Made by a program: the position numbers and the translations under genes
Virus record (IMG/VR): IMGVR_UViG_3300049217_000071
Coordinates: 124,001 to 188,000 of that record
Direction: 5' to 3' (one strand)
Length of the DNA stretch: 64,000 nucleotides
Notes under the pieces: generated by a model
Told to the model about the DNA's origin: nothing
The model's database searches: none
The model's input: only the letters and a program-made list of their open reading frames with translations
Part shown: one piece after another, positions 46,098-55,901 of the stretch
Layout: the number at the start of each line of letters is the position of its first letter
Position numbering within the stretch: the stretch's first letter is position 1

Positions 46098-46678
46098 ATC
46101 AAAAACTAACCGAAGAAATTGTCTATCACATTCTGGCCAACTTAGGGGTTTTGCCAGCCGCCTTTACTTCTTCCGAAAAGATGCAGTCCTTGGTAGACAA
46201 AAAGTTCTTGTTGCCAGAGAAGATTGTTTTAGAGATGGAGGGAGGAGAAATTGTTCGCAAGAACATTTTTGGTTGTCAGATCTCCGTGACAGACGCCAAA
46301 GACCTCAAGATTCTATTAGGGGATTGCACGTTGTCTCCTGAATTGCCTGAATATTGTTTGGTGGTGCAGCTCAAAGATATGCCAATCTTTGGGGCTTACT
46401 TATGTTTCACTAAACTATATGATCCAGAACCGACCGCTGTTGAAGAAGTGGATTCCGAGGCTTTGATAGCCGTCAGTGTTGATAAGAAAAATTGGATGCC
46501 GTGCAGCGGATATCTACAAGCCACTTTCCTAGCAGGAATGGAACAAACACGAGATTTAGGGTTTGGTTGGTCAAAGTGCACCAAGTATCAAGACCAGTAT
46601 CAGATGCTTCTGTCGTTCATCAAATTCCATCGCAATTTCTACGGAGGCAACAATGAGGGGCAAGAAGTCCAATCCTGA
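46094..46678 (+). CDS. hypothetical protein
   Basis: 194-aa ORF. Confidence 0.7.
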   Translation: MNQKLTEEIVYHILANLGVLPAAFTSSEKMQSLVDKKFLLPEKIVLEMEGGEIVRKNIFGCQISVTDAKDLKILLGDCTLSPELPEYCLVVQLKDMPIFGAYLCFTKLYDPEPTAVEEVDSEALIAVSVDKKNWMPCSGYLQATFLAGMEQTRDLGFGWSKCTKYQDQYQMLLSFIKFHRNFYGGNNEGQEVQS

Positions 46679-47105
46679 GTTCATTTCTCAGTTTATACAA
46701 ATAGCAGTTAGGGCAGGCCACGAAACTCCTGAGGCCATTGTCAAATTCGCCAAAGAACAGATTGAGAAAATAGATGATGAGATTAGGGCCGCAGAGAGCA
46801 AGAAGATAACCAGATCTAGTCTTTTAGATGTGGTAGCCTCTTTTGAGGCGCCCAATAAAGATAAAACGGAGGAGGCTAAGCTTCTACCTTTTTTCGAGAT
46901 AAGCCATCAAGATAGATGCAAAGTAATTTGTGATATGTTGAAAAAAGTAAATAGTTTACCTGTCCATAGTGAAGTTGGCACAGAACATAATTTTTGCATC
47001 AAACAACTAATTGGGGCTAACATTATCAACAGAACGGGCGATATCTTAGTGCAGGGCGAAAGATTCGATGAGTATATGAAGTTTGTCTTACGTGAGGTCG
47101 AGTGA
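46653..47105 (+). CDS. hypothetical protein
   Basis: GGAGG RBS before ATG 46653. Confidence 0.7.
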   Translation: MRGKKSNPEFISQFIQIAVRAGHETPEAIVKFAKEQIEKIDDEIRAAESKKITRSSLLDVVASFEAPNKDKTEEAKLLPFFEISHQDRCKVICDMLKKVNSLPVHSEVGTEHNFCIKQLIGANIINRTGDILVQGERFDEYMKFVLREVE

Positions 47106-47503
47106 TTACTCTCATACAAATTCGTTCGGGAGAACTTCATTTAGTTGACTATATGTCGAATGATGGTACACGTCATAGAACCAAATGTGGTAAGATATAC
47201 ACGACTTCCCAGCTTATCAACACGCTGGACTTGGATAGCCCGATCGCTGTGGTTTGTCAACGCTGCTATGAGGTTGCTGAGGAGAATTTGGTCTATGATA
47301 GAAACAAATACCCACAGAGCGCTAAAGGCGAATTATACGAGCATCTTTGCAGGAATTACAAACATATCCAAATGAAGGCAAGAGATACAGAGACCTTCTA
47401 TTCCCCCATTACAAATGATAGGTTTGTGCAAGCGGTATGTAATTATCAGAAGCTTTTAGAGAAGCATAAGAGCCATAAATTATGGAAGTGGTATGCTCGA
47501 TAA
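47102..47503 (+). CDS. hypothetical Zn-binding protein
   Basis: H...TKCG...CQRC. Confidence 0.6.
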   Translation: MITLIQIRSGELHLVDYMSNDGTRHRTKCGKIYTTSQLINTLDLDSPIAVVCQRCYEVAEENLVYDRNKYPQSAKGELYEHLCRNYKHIQMKARDTETFYSPITNDRFVQAVCNYQKLLEKHKSHKLWKWYAR

Positions 47504-47819
47504 CATTAGCAAACGAGACTTATGGCATTATGTCAATCGCAAGATCAAGAGATTGATACATCACTACCATATTTTCAGCATCATCAGTATTTTATTTGAT
47601 GAGATGACCAGGGATTTACGAGATGGTAAGGAGATCAAAATCACCAATTTGGGAACTCTGGTCTTGAAAACAATGCCGCCCAGGAAGTATCACGATGTTA
47701 GATTCCATAAAGTAATGGAGTCCCCAGGACATCGAGTATTGCGATTATTTTTAGCTCGCCCCATCCGCAAAAAATTATGTGATTCGCTCGACCTTGACAG
47801 CAAATTGAAGGATGACTAA
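47493..47819 (+). CDS. HU/IHF family DNA-binding protein
   Basis: ISKRDL, LFDEMTRDLRDGKEIKITNLGTL, PPRKY. Confidence 0.75.
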   Translation: MLDNISKRDLWHYVNRKIKRLIHHYHIFSIISILFDEMTRDLRDGKEIKITNLGTLVLKTMPPRKYHDVRFHKVMESPGHRVLRLFLARPIRKKLCDSLDLDSKLKDD

Positions 47820-48201
47820 GATGAATAGAAAGGGAGCGCGTCAAATCGTTTTTGTCTGTGTGGCATTGTCTCCGCAAAATGAGTTGGTAGTGAAGACCAT
47901 TGCCGCCCCAACTCCTCACGAAGCTTCTGCTTTGTTCACTGAGAGGTATTTCATTCCTGTCAAAGAAGTAGCTGGGCCTTTCTACAAGAAAAGGGCCCAG
48001 GTTATCGAAGCAACTCGCACACTGAAGTTTTCCGAGCAAACCAAGAGAGGTGAATACAATGGCTGGATTGTGGACGCCATGCTCTTGAAGGAACCGGAAA
48101 ACCAAGCATACTTACTTTTTATCAAGAGGTTGGATAACAAAAAGCAACCTGCTCCTAAGTGCACCGTGATAGTTCCTATTTCCGATTTGAGGTTTTACTA
48201 A
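47812..48201 (+). CDS. hypothetical protein
   Basis: 129-aa ORF. Confidence 0.7.
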   Translation: MTKMNRKGARQIVFVCVALSPQNELVVKTIAAPTPHEASALFTERYFIPVKEVAGPFYKKRAQVIEATRTLKFSEQTKRGEYNGWIVDAMLLKEPENQAYLLFIKRLDNKKQPAPKCTVIVPISDLRFY

Positions 48202-48202
48202 T

Positions 48203-48553
48203 ATGAACAAAGCGTTTTTACTGAAAGTGAAAAATATTCTCCTAAGCGAAAAAGATGCTATAATGAAGCAGACCAAACGTGATGTCGATATAGACACCGA
48301 TGGAGATGAAACAGATGAAATTCAGGCCGGTATTCTGATTGACATAAACAACCAGCTTACCACTCGCAACTCGGAAAAGCTGGTGCAGATAGCAGAAGCT
48401 CTTCATCGAGTAGACAACAAAACCTATGGGTTATGTTTAGACTGCGGTGAGATGATTCCTGAAAAGAGATTATTGATCAATCCGTATTTTCAGACTTGTA
48501 TTTCTTGTGCCGAAGAGCGCGAAGCCGAAGTCAAACAGCGAAAGAGAGCCTAA
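48203..48553 (+). CDS. dksA: DksA/TraR C4 zinc-finger protein
   Basis: DETDE tip; IAEALHRV...TYGLCLDCGEMIPEKRLLINPYFQTCISC. Confidence 0.88.
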   Translation: MNKAFLLKVKNILLSEKDAIMKQTKRDVDIDTDGDETDEIQAGILIDINNQLTTRNSEKLVQIAEALHRVDNKTYGLCLDCGEMIPEKRLLINPYFQTCISCAEEREAEVKQRKRA

Positions 48554-48554
48554 A

Positions 48555-49142
48555 TTGAATACACTAGTTTTAGAGCAGACCGAAAACGGTGAAGTGCCGA
48601 TGGATGTGTATCAGAAGCTTGCTAATGATCGCATTCTTTTTATTACCGACTATATTGATGATCGTATTGCAACAGACATCATTGCCACGTTGCTACTCAA
48701 AGATCAGGGCGAGGACAGCGATAAAAAGATAACCATCTTCATCAACTCTCATGGCGGTGATGTTCGTAATGCCTTTATGGTTTATGACATCATGCAAATG
48801 ATCCACGCCCCCATCGAAACGGTGTGTATTGGCGCTGCAATGGATGAAGCCGCCCTACTGTTAGCTGGCGGCACCAAAGGGATGCGATTGGCTACCAGGA
48901 ACGCTGTGATTACAGTAAGTCAGTTAGTCCACGACTGGCATATGCATACTAATTTGACGGATGCTAAAAATCTGTTGGAACAATCCCAGATCGATAATGC
49001 TCGTATCTTGGAGATTTATTCTAAGGCCACTGGCAAGAGCGTCAAAGAGTTGAAAGAAGATTTAGATCGACGTATCTTTCTAGATGCTCCCCAAGCAGTG
49101 AAGTATGGTTTGATTGACAAGGTAGTTTCTACCAATAAGTAA
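48555..49142 (+). CDS. catalytically inactive ClpP homologue (ClpR-like)
   Basis: TTG start; DRILF, FINSHGG; CIGAAMDEAA (Ser to Asp) and ITVSQL (His to Ser). Confidence 0.85.
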   Translation: MNTLVLEQTENGEVPMDVYQKLANDRILFITDYIDDRIATDIIATLLLKDQGEDSDKKITIFINSHGGDVRNAFMVYDIMQMIHAPIETVCIGAAMDEAALLLAGGTKGMRLATRNAVITVSQLVHDWHMHTNLTDAKNLLEQSQIDNARILEIYSKATGKSVKELKEDLDRRIFLDAPQAVKYGLIDKVVSTNK

Positions 49143-49150
49143 GGTGAATT

Positions 49151-49750
49151 ATGGGTAAAAAAGAAAAGAAGGATAGTCAGGAATACGATCCGTTTCACCA
49201 GCTATTGATGTTGGGATACGCCGAATCTTATGTCAAGATGTCCAAAAGTCGCGCCATTTTTCTCTCCGAAGACATTACCCAAAGAGTGGGGGCGGAGTTA
49301 TCGGCTATGATGCTCTATTACGATAATATGGATCACGAGTTGCCTATTCATTTGTATATTCATTCCAATGGCGGGGATGTTTCTGGTCTGGCTAACATTT
49401 ATGATGTGATGCAAATGGTCCATGCCCCTGTGGAAACTATCCTACTGGGTAAGTGCTATTCGGCCGGAGCGGTCATCCTGGCGGCTGGTAGCGCCGGCAA
49501 ACGTTATGCTTTGCGCAGTTCCAAGGTCATGATTCACGGTATTCAGTTTGCTTTCCCTATCCCAGGCGATGATATGACTAGCAATAAGAACTACCTGAAG
49601 TTCATTGACGAAAACAACGATAACATAATGAAAATGCTAGCTCACCACACCAAACAGCCTTTGGACAAGATCAAAGCTGACTGCACCCGAGAGTTGTGGA
49701 TGGATGCCAAAAAGGCTAAAGAATACGGTATTATCGATCATATCCTCTAA
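49151..49750 (+). CDS. clpP: ClpP protease subunit, catalytic residues intact
   Basis: YIHSNGG, LGKCYSAGA, KVMIHG, WMDAKKAKEYGIID. Confidence 0.9.
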   Translation: MGKKEKKDSQEYDPFHQLLMLGYAESYVKMSKSRAIFLSEDITQRVGAELSAMMLYYDNMDHELPIHLYIHSNGGDVSGLANIYDVMQMVHAPVETILLGKCYSAGAVILAAGSAGKRYALRSSKVMIHGIQFAFPIPGDDMTSNKNYLKFIDENNDNIMKMLAHHTKQPLDKIKADCTRELWMDAKKAKEYGIIDHIL

Positions 49751-49786
49751 TTGAAAGGCAGGATGGTAAATAAATAGCATATCCAT

Positions 49787-51223
49787 ATGGAAAAGACTGC
49801 TAGAAAACCATCTGCCGATCCCGTCCAAGAGAAATTGAGACAAAACAAAGCGACCTGGAACAAGGACGTTTCTGTTTTCATCAATGATCTCATTCATCTC
49901 AAAAAGACGATGAACGGCTGGCCGTCTAAGTTTTTCAAGGAGCGCTCTCGTATTGTGGAGCCTATGCCGGCTGATCCGGCTACCATCATCGGTTCTTTGG
50001 CCGGCGATTTCCAAGAGATAACCAATCGCGGTAATGCTTTGGTGCAAGAGCAGCTCAACTATTCCCAGAACCGTCGTAAGAGACAACCAAAGCAACTCAA
50101 CCTGCCTTTAGGGCAACCTGCTACGCCAGCCACCCCAGCTAAGCCAGAAGAAGCTCCTAAAGTAGATTTGACCAAGCAACTTTCTTTGCCAGCCGTGGCT
50201 GCTTTGGAATCAGAGTTGGTCAAGGTGGCTTTTGCTTTGGAAGAGAAGTATGCTTTGGAAACCGAAGCTTCTAATCCGTTGACTCGTTTTTACACCAGAC
50301 TCAAGACGCCCACCATCGGTTTTGGTGAAGGTGCTCGTGTGCGTCAGTTGCGAATGACGATGCTGAAGGGTTGCGTGCAAACTCTTCGAGAACTCAAGAA
50401 GCTACAAAAAGAAATTGTCAAGTCATCTAAGATCAGCACCAAGTCTTCTCACAACATTATGTCAGCCTTGGCTAAGCAGTGGTCAGCCGTCTTGACCAAT
50501 TTCAAGCCATACTATGACGAGAAGGCAAAGTCAATTCCTACCGATGAACCAGTTGAACAAGTGGCCCCAGAAGATGCTCAGGTCCCAGAAGGAGAAGTAG
50601 ATGAAGATTTTCCGCTATACAAAATGGATAGGGCCAAGTTCATCATTTCTGATCTGAAGAATAACAGGGCCAATTTCGGTAGTTTTATACCTAAAGAGTT
50701 AGACGCCATCATCGACAAAATCAATGCTATTCCAGCAGCTAAGAAGGTGGATTTCGTTCTGCGCTCTAACATAGAAGAAGTGTATAACCAAGCCCTGGTA
50801 GCCCTCAATGGCAGGCTGGGCACTACTGGAAACTCTCTCAAAGAGATTGCTGTGCAACTTCGTAAGGCTAAGAGTCTGCCGGCCGTTGCCCCAACTCCGG
50901 CACCTTCTCCAGTGGCGGTAGAACCGCCTGCACCAGAGGCTTTAGAGACTCAGGCACAAGCTATGCGATGGTTAGGTAAAGCCAGACATGGCCTTTTGCC
51001 GGGTAGCACTTCTGGTCGTAGGTTGGAAATTTATCGTAAGATCGGAGAGCTAAAAGTAGAACTCAACAAGATAATGAACCTACTAGAGAAGGGCCTAGAT
51101 CTTCCTGAGTTATATGCCGCCATTATTCCTTTTGATAGGGGCGTGATGTCGCTAAGAAAGATGGTCAGGTCATTGTATACTTCCGAGTATCCTAATGAAG
51201 CTGTGCCGATGCCGTTCTTCTAA
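49787..51223 (+). CDS. hypothetical protein with Pro/Ala linkers, possibly virion-associated
   Basis: 478-aa ORF. Confidence 0.75.
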   Translation: MEKTARKPSADPVQEKLRQNKATWNKDVSVFINDLIHLKKTMNGWPSKFFKERSRIVEPMPADPATIIGSLAGDFQEITNRGNALVQEQLNYSQNRRKRQPKQLNLPLGQPATPATPAKPEEAPKVDLTKQLSLPAVAALESELVKVAFALEEKYALETEASNPLTRFYTRLKTPTIGFGEGARVRQLRMTMLKGCVQTLRELKKLQKEIVKSSKISTKSSHNIMSALAKQWSAVLTNFKPYYDEKAKSIPTDEPVEQVAPEDAQVPEGEVDEDFPLYKMDRAKFIISDLKNNRANFGSFIPKELDAIIDKINAIPAAKKVDFVLRSNIEEVYNQALVALNGRLGTTGNSLKEIAVQLRKAKSLPAVAPTPAPSPVAVEPPAPEALETQAQAMRWLGKARHGLLPGSTSGRRLEIYRKIGELKVELNKIMNLLEKGLDLPELYAAIIPFDRGVMSLRKMVRSLYTSEYPNEAVPMPFF

Positions 51224-51231
51224 AAGGAAAT

Positions 51232-51639
51232 ATGGAATCAGGATACGTCTACATTCACAACAATGTTTTTCCTACGCTGCTAGCTATTTCAGAAGAGGAG
51301 CAAGGTCGTGGGCTAATGGGTCAAAAATGGCCGCCTCCCGTAATGGCATTTGTGTATCCGCAACCTAAGGTCAATAAGTTTTGGATGAAGAATACGCCAA
51401 GTCCTTTGGATATTGTCTTCTGTCATCAAGGTAAGGTCTCTCAGATCTGCTATGGTGAACCACATTCTACTGCGGCTATTGGCGACAATGTCTTTAGTGA
51501 TTTGATTATTGAGCTGCCACATGGCACAGTTGATTCTAGCGGGATTAGGCTTGGACATTCGGTAGGCTTAGTAAGTCCTACGCAAGATGAGCTGCGCCAG
51601 ATCATTGCTGAAAAATACCACGATTTCGTAAAATTCTGA
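51232..51639 (+). CDS. DUF192 family protein
   Basis: EQGRGLM, FWMKNTPSPLDIVF, IELPHG. Confidence 0.85.
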   Translation: MESGYVYIHNNVFPTLLAISEEEQGRGLMGQKWPPPVMAFVYPQPKVNKFWMKNTPSPLDIVFCHQGKVSQICYGEPHSTAAIGDNVFSDLIIELPHGTVDSSGIRLGHSVGLVSPTQDELRQIIAEKYHDFVKF

Positions 51640-51699
51640 GACCCCTTGCGCCCCTTATTTGTATGATTAGATTGTGGTGGTGGAAGGCAGCGTGTCATT

Positions 51700-52689
51700 A
51701 TGGATACCGTTCAACAGTTCAACAAGATTCTCGATTCCTTCAAGATTCGAGCGATCTGTCTGTCGTCCAACCAAATCGATAACTACACTTTTTACGATCT
51801 TCGCCTAGAGCCCAATGTCAAGGTGAAGGAAATTGATAGGTATAGCGATGAGATTTCGTTGGCTATGCACGCCCCGTGTAAACCGATTATCAAAGTTTTG
51901 CACGAACAAGGAATAGTGCGTATGGAGTTTGCTACTCCTCGTATAGAGCCACTTCGACTGTTTGATCTGTTTACCAATAAGAAGGTGCCGACCGGAGACC
52001 TTGTTTGTCTTCTGGGTCAGACTATAGATGGTCAGAAGGTATGGATGGACCTGATGCAGAATCCGCATATGATTGTGGCAGGCACCACCGGATCTGGTAA
52101 GAGCACGCTGCTCAATAACATTGTGGCTAATGTGCTCAACTACAACGATGCCGATATTTTTTTGGTGGATCCTAAGCGGATCGAGTTCTCGGAATATGAG
52201 AAGCATATCAAAGCTATTGAGGTGTATTACACCTTCAGCGATGCGTTGGAACTAGTTTCTAATATGGTAGAGGTGATGGAGGAAAGGTATAACAGAATTA
52301 GATCTGGCGCCGACCCTCGTGAACTGAAGCCAATTCTCATTGTGGTAGATGAGTTTGCTGATTTGATTATGCAGGATAAGGGCGATCTTTTCTATACACA
52401 GGTTTGTAGGTTGGCGCAGAAATGTCGCGCTGCCAAAATCTCTATGGTTTTAGGCACGCAAAGACCGTCTGTCAACATCATCAATGGCACTATCAAGGCT
52501 AACTTTCCTGCCCGCATTGCTTGCCGTGTAGCCAGCCACGTGGATTCTAAAGTGATTCTAGATGCTTCTGGCGCTGAGAATTTACTGGGTAAGGGCGATG
52601 CTTTGTTGCGAGATAACTATCGCTATCTAGAACGTTTTCAAGTGGCATATACGGACGCAGCAGAAGTATGCAGTGTGTTCGGAGCATAA
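51700..52689 (+). CDS. FtsK/SpoIIIE motor-domain protein (no TM or gamma domain)
   Basis: PHMIVAGTTGSGKS, DPKRIE, VVDEFADL, GTQRPS, GAENLLGKGD. Confidence 0.92.
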   Translation: MDTVQQFNKILDSFKIRAICLSSNQIDNYTFYDLRLEPNVKVKEIDRYSDEISLAMHAPCKPIIKVLHEQGIVRMEFATPRIEPLRLFDLFTNKKVPTGDLVCLLGQTIDGQKVWMDLMQNPHMIVAGTTGSGKSTLLNNIVANVLNYNDADIFLVDPKRIEFSEYEKHIKAIEVYYTFSDALELVSNMVEVMEERYNRIRSGADPRELKPILIVVDEFADLIMQDKGDLFYTQVCRLAQKCRAAKISMVLGTQRPSVNIINGTIKANFPARIACRVASHVDSKVILDASGAENLLGKGDALLRDNYRYLERFQVAYTDAAEVCSVFGA

Positions 52690-54029
52690 TGAGTCAAGTT
52701 ATCAATTTGATGGATGTGGATACTTTAGTGCAAAGGTTCCTCAAGGAACGTGAGCAGGGTATCAACACTTTACATCGTATCTACTTTCATAATAGTAATC
52801 AGCTATCCTTGCGTGCTCTCAACGAAGAATTAGCGGAAGAACTCCGCACCGGCTGCATCACTTTCTTGAACAAAGGTTCTCCGTTGGATGAACTGGGAGC
52901 CTATTTATTCTACATTGCTAACGCTTACTGTAAGAAGATTGCTATTCCTTTTGTCAAGAAGAAAACCGAGTATCTATGTCCAGGTTGTCTTTTTTTGAGT
53001 AAGGATGGTCTGCTTACTAACAACAAAATATTTCGTTGTCTCGAATGCGAGTCAGGGCTGAAAGGAACTACTGATCCTAAAACAATTCAGTTCTTCCATA
53101 CGTTTTACCGACATAATAAAAACGGATATCATTGTCAAGATTGCGAAAGGTTTATTCCGCATCCTTTGGACAATTCTACCAATGTCTCGTGCCCCTACTT
53201 CGATTGTCTTTTCGTAGGCTCTATTACTAACCTTAGGAAGATGCACCACCCGACTTCGCAGTCTAATCCAGAGAAATTGATTTTAGATGCCGCACAAGAT
53301 GGTAGTTCTTTTCTCAAAGATAGTATTGTCTCACAAGAAGCTGACGCTCATACGCAATTAGAGATAGAGCAGGATTTGCAGGATAAAGTCAAGTCTTTGC
53401 TCGATATCATTGAGACACAAAGTAATAATGTTCCGTATAGTAGTTCGGATTTTACAGTTCGTCATAAACAGTATGTCTATCAAGCTTTTGGCAATCTGTT
53501 GAAAGAGTTTCCGGTGGAAATGATTGGTTATCTTCTGAATAGTTCGGATAGCCGATCCGGTTTTCAACACAAAGTATTTCAGGAATACATCAAACTTTTA
53601 GAGTCTTCCTTACCTTTTTTCGTGACTAGGCACCGCAAACTTCATAGGGTAGATCATCTATTGGACGAAACCCTGTGTTTATTTGATGGCATTTCCGTTT
53701 TTGAGGGTATGGTCAATGATAGGCTGAATGTCAAAAATGGCACCAAAGAGTTTTACATTGGTGGTAGGAAGGCGGCTTACACCAAACCCTATTACATCGG
53801 CAAGCTGTTGAACGTTATCGATAGTGAGAAGAAAGCACCGCTGATGCACTTGGTCAAAGAATATAGTTTCTCTAAGATTCGTATGTGTGATATAGAGCCT
53901 GGTACGCCCGTTACCGTCACGCATCTGCGTGTTCCGCCACATTATCAAATGGGTGGAATGGTGTATGTCAACCGTGTTCGTAAGAAGATTGCCGACCGTG
54001 CTAAAGCGGTCATTACCCAGGTTACCTAA
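52689..54029 (+). CDS. large multi-zinc-finger hypothetical protein
   Basis: CPGC, CLEC, CQDC, CPYFDC. Confidence 0.75.
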   Translation: MSQVINLMDVDTLVQRFLKEREQGINTLHRIYFHNSNQLSLRALNEELAEELRTGCITFLNKGSPLDELGAYLFYIANAYCKKIAIPFVKKKTEYLCPGCLFLSKDGLLTNNKIFRCLECESGLKGTTDPKTIQFFHTFYRHNKNGYHCQDCERFIPHPLDNSTNVSCPYFDCLFVGSITNLRKMHHPTSQSNPEKLILDAAQDGSSFLKDSIVSQEADAHTQLEIEQDLQDKVKSLLDIIETQSNNVPYSSSDFTVRHKQYVYQAFGNLLKEFPVEMIGYLLNSSDSRSGFQHKVFQEYIKLLESSLPFFVTRHRKLHRVDHLLDETLCLFDGISVFEGMVNDRLNVKNGTKEFYIGGRKAAYTKPYYIGKLLNVIDSEKKAPLMHLVKEYSFSKIRMCDIEPGTPVTVTHLRVPPHYQMGGMVYVNRVRKKIADRAKAVITQVT

Positions 54030-54497
54030 ATGGAAGAAAAAGAACATAAAGAGCCGCCGTATACAGTCAATGGATCTCAAACTTTTCCAGCTCGTGGCCG
54101 ATGTAAACACTGTGGTAAGTCTGCCCTCAACTGGTATCCAGATTGGACTAGTCCGTGGCCTATTAGGAATTGGCGTCAAAAAGCTAACGGTAATTCCGCC
54201 CGCCAATACCGTGGTTGGGTAGGTGGCACCAATCAAGATCTTCTTCGCAGTTTGGTGTATCGTGAGAAAACCGGTTGGTATGTCCAATCTCGCGGACTCA
54301 ATTCTTATCGCACGGGAGCCCAACGTAGCGTTGCTAAATGGGTAAGCCCAGATCAAGTGATGTTAGTGTGTGCTAATTGTGGCAAGAGTAAATGGGCCAT
54401 TTTAGATGATTACAATCAAAATCGCCCAGACATCAAACATCGTAAGGCGCGCATCAATTATCCACAAAAAGCTAAGCCATCAAAAGATTTTTGGTGA
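54030..54497 (+). CDS. hypothetical basic Zn-binding protein
   Basis: CKHC, CANC. Confidence 0.65.
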   Translation: MEEKEHKEPPYTVNGSQTFPARGRCKHCGKSALNWYPDWTSPWPIRNWRQKANGNSARQYRGWVGGTNQDLLRSLVYREKTGWYVQSRGLNSYRTGAQRSVAKWVSPDQVMLVCANCGKSKWAILDDYNQNRPDIKHRKARINYPQKAKPSKDFW

Positions 54498-54896
54498 GCT
54501 ATTCTCAATCTTCTCTCGAACTTGGTCTTCCAAGAAGTTGAAGTTGTCGGCTAGTTCCTCAAAAAGTTTCCATTGTCTGTTGGTCATTCGATAACAGGAG
54601 TAGTAAGACATTTGGGCCAGAGTATCGTAATAGTCTTTGCTGGCGAATCGTAAATGAGTAGGCGCCCAAGTATTTGAGAAAAATACCCAATCGCCAATGT
54701 TTTGGTAGGTCAAAAAATCTTGTTTATTGCGGGCTTGACTAAACAGCAAAGTAAGGCTATCTTGGGAGAAATCGAACTCTACAGATTTGTATTTTCCGTA
54801 AATACTGGTGATATATATACGAGTAGTAGGTTGACACTTGATATCAACTAGCAGCTCTTCAAAAAAGCTGCCAATATTATTTTGGATGTGTATCAT
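54480..54896 (-). CDS. hypothetical protein
   Basis: Fills gap; start uncertain, overlaps the HNH start codon. Confidence 0.45.
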   Translation of the reverse strand: MIHIQNNIGSFFEELLVDIKCQPTTRIYITSIYGKYKSVEFDFSQDSLTLLFSQARNKQDFLTYQNIGDWVFFSNTWAPTHLRFASKDYYDTLAQMSYYSCYRMTNRQWKLFEELADNFNFLEDQVREKIENSSPKIF

Positions 54897-55722
54897 GAAT
54901 AATAATGTGAAAATATGTAGCAAGTGCGGAATTGAGAAAGATAGAAGTTGTTTTTCTAAAGGTGAGAGATTTAAAGATGGACTTCAGTCGATGTGTAAAG
55001 ATTGTGCTAAAGTTTATCGAGAGAATAATAGAGCCACTATCGCTTCGAGTAAAAAATCTCATTATGAAAATAATAAGGATGATATTTTACAATATCAAAA
55101 AGATTATTATCAGAATAATAAAGATGATATTGTCATTGTTCAAAAAGAATATAGAAAAAATAATAAGCTAAAAATAGCCGATCACAATAGTGAATATTAC
55201 AAAAATAATAAGGCATCTATTGATCTTCAACATGCAGAATATTATGAAAACAATAAAGAAAGAATGACTGCAATTCAAAAACAATACTATGAAAATCATA
55301 AAGATGAGATAGATAGTTATCGTAGGGAATATTATAAAAATCGCGCTCATAACGACTTGTTATTCAAAATTAAAAGAAGAGTATCAAGCCAGGTTTGGCA
55401 TTTTCTTTTCAAAAGTGGATCAAGCAAAAACAACAAATCCATTTGTGATTTTCTCCCCTATTCTATTCAAGAATTAAAGGAACATCTTGAGAAGCAATTT
55501 GAATCGTGGATGACTTGGAATAATTATGGCAGGTATGTGGTTAAAAATTGGGATGATAATGATTCTTCTACTTGGAAATGGCAGATAGACCATGTAATAC
55601 CACATAGTAAATTTATTTATATTTCCATGGAAGACGAAGAGTTTAAGAAATGTTGGGCATTAAGTAATTTGCGCCCATATTCAGCTAAACAAAACTTACT
55701 GGATAGTAATAGAGAAAAATAA
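54895..55722 (+). mobile_element. AT-rich HNH homing endonuclease with YxxNK repeats
   Basis: CSKC...CKDC, repeated YYENN units, WQIDHVIPHS...WALSNLRP. Confidence 0.85.
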
Positions 55723-55727
55723 AGAAT

Positions 55728-55901
55728 ATGAAAGAATTAGAAATAGTAAAACATGTAAATGATTCTCAAGAATATGAAAAAGAATTGCGTAGTCTAGGCT
55801 GGTGTTTAGATTGTCAAGGTTACGGTCAGGATTTGGGTAATGGCTCGCCTTGTCAGAATTGTAACGGAACTGGTAAATACTCCTATGAGAAATCAGAATG
55901 A
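55728..55901 (+). CDS. 57-aa DnaJ-type zinc-finger protein (below ORF-track cutoff)
   Basis: CLDCQGYG...CQNCNGTG; ATGA overlap with topA. Confidence 0.6.
   Translation: MKELEIVKHVNDSQEYEKELRSLGWCLDCQGYGQDLGNGSPCQNCNGTGKYSYEKSE

Noticed and set aside
49763-49789. Mini-ORF ATG GTA AAT AAA TAG in frame with the 478-aa gene
   Set aside because: The TAG is part of the recurring TAAATA...GCAT upstream motif, which explains it more simply; no conserved domain depends on readthrough. Worth rechecking if relatives conserve it.
53679-54356. 225-aa minus-strand ORF
   Set aside because: Fully antisense to two coupled plus-strand genes; no motif.
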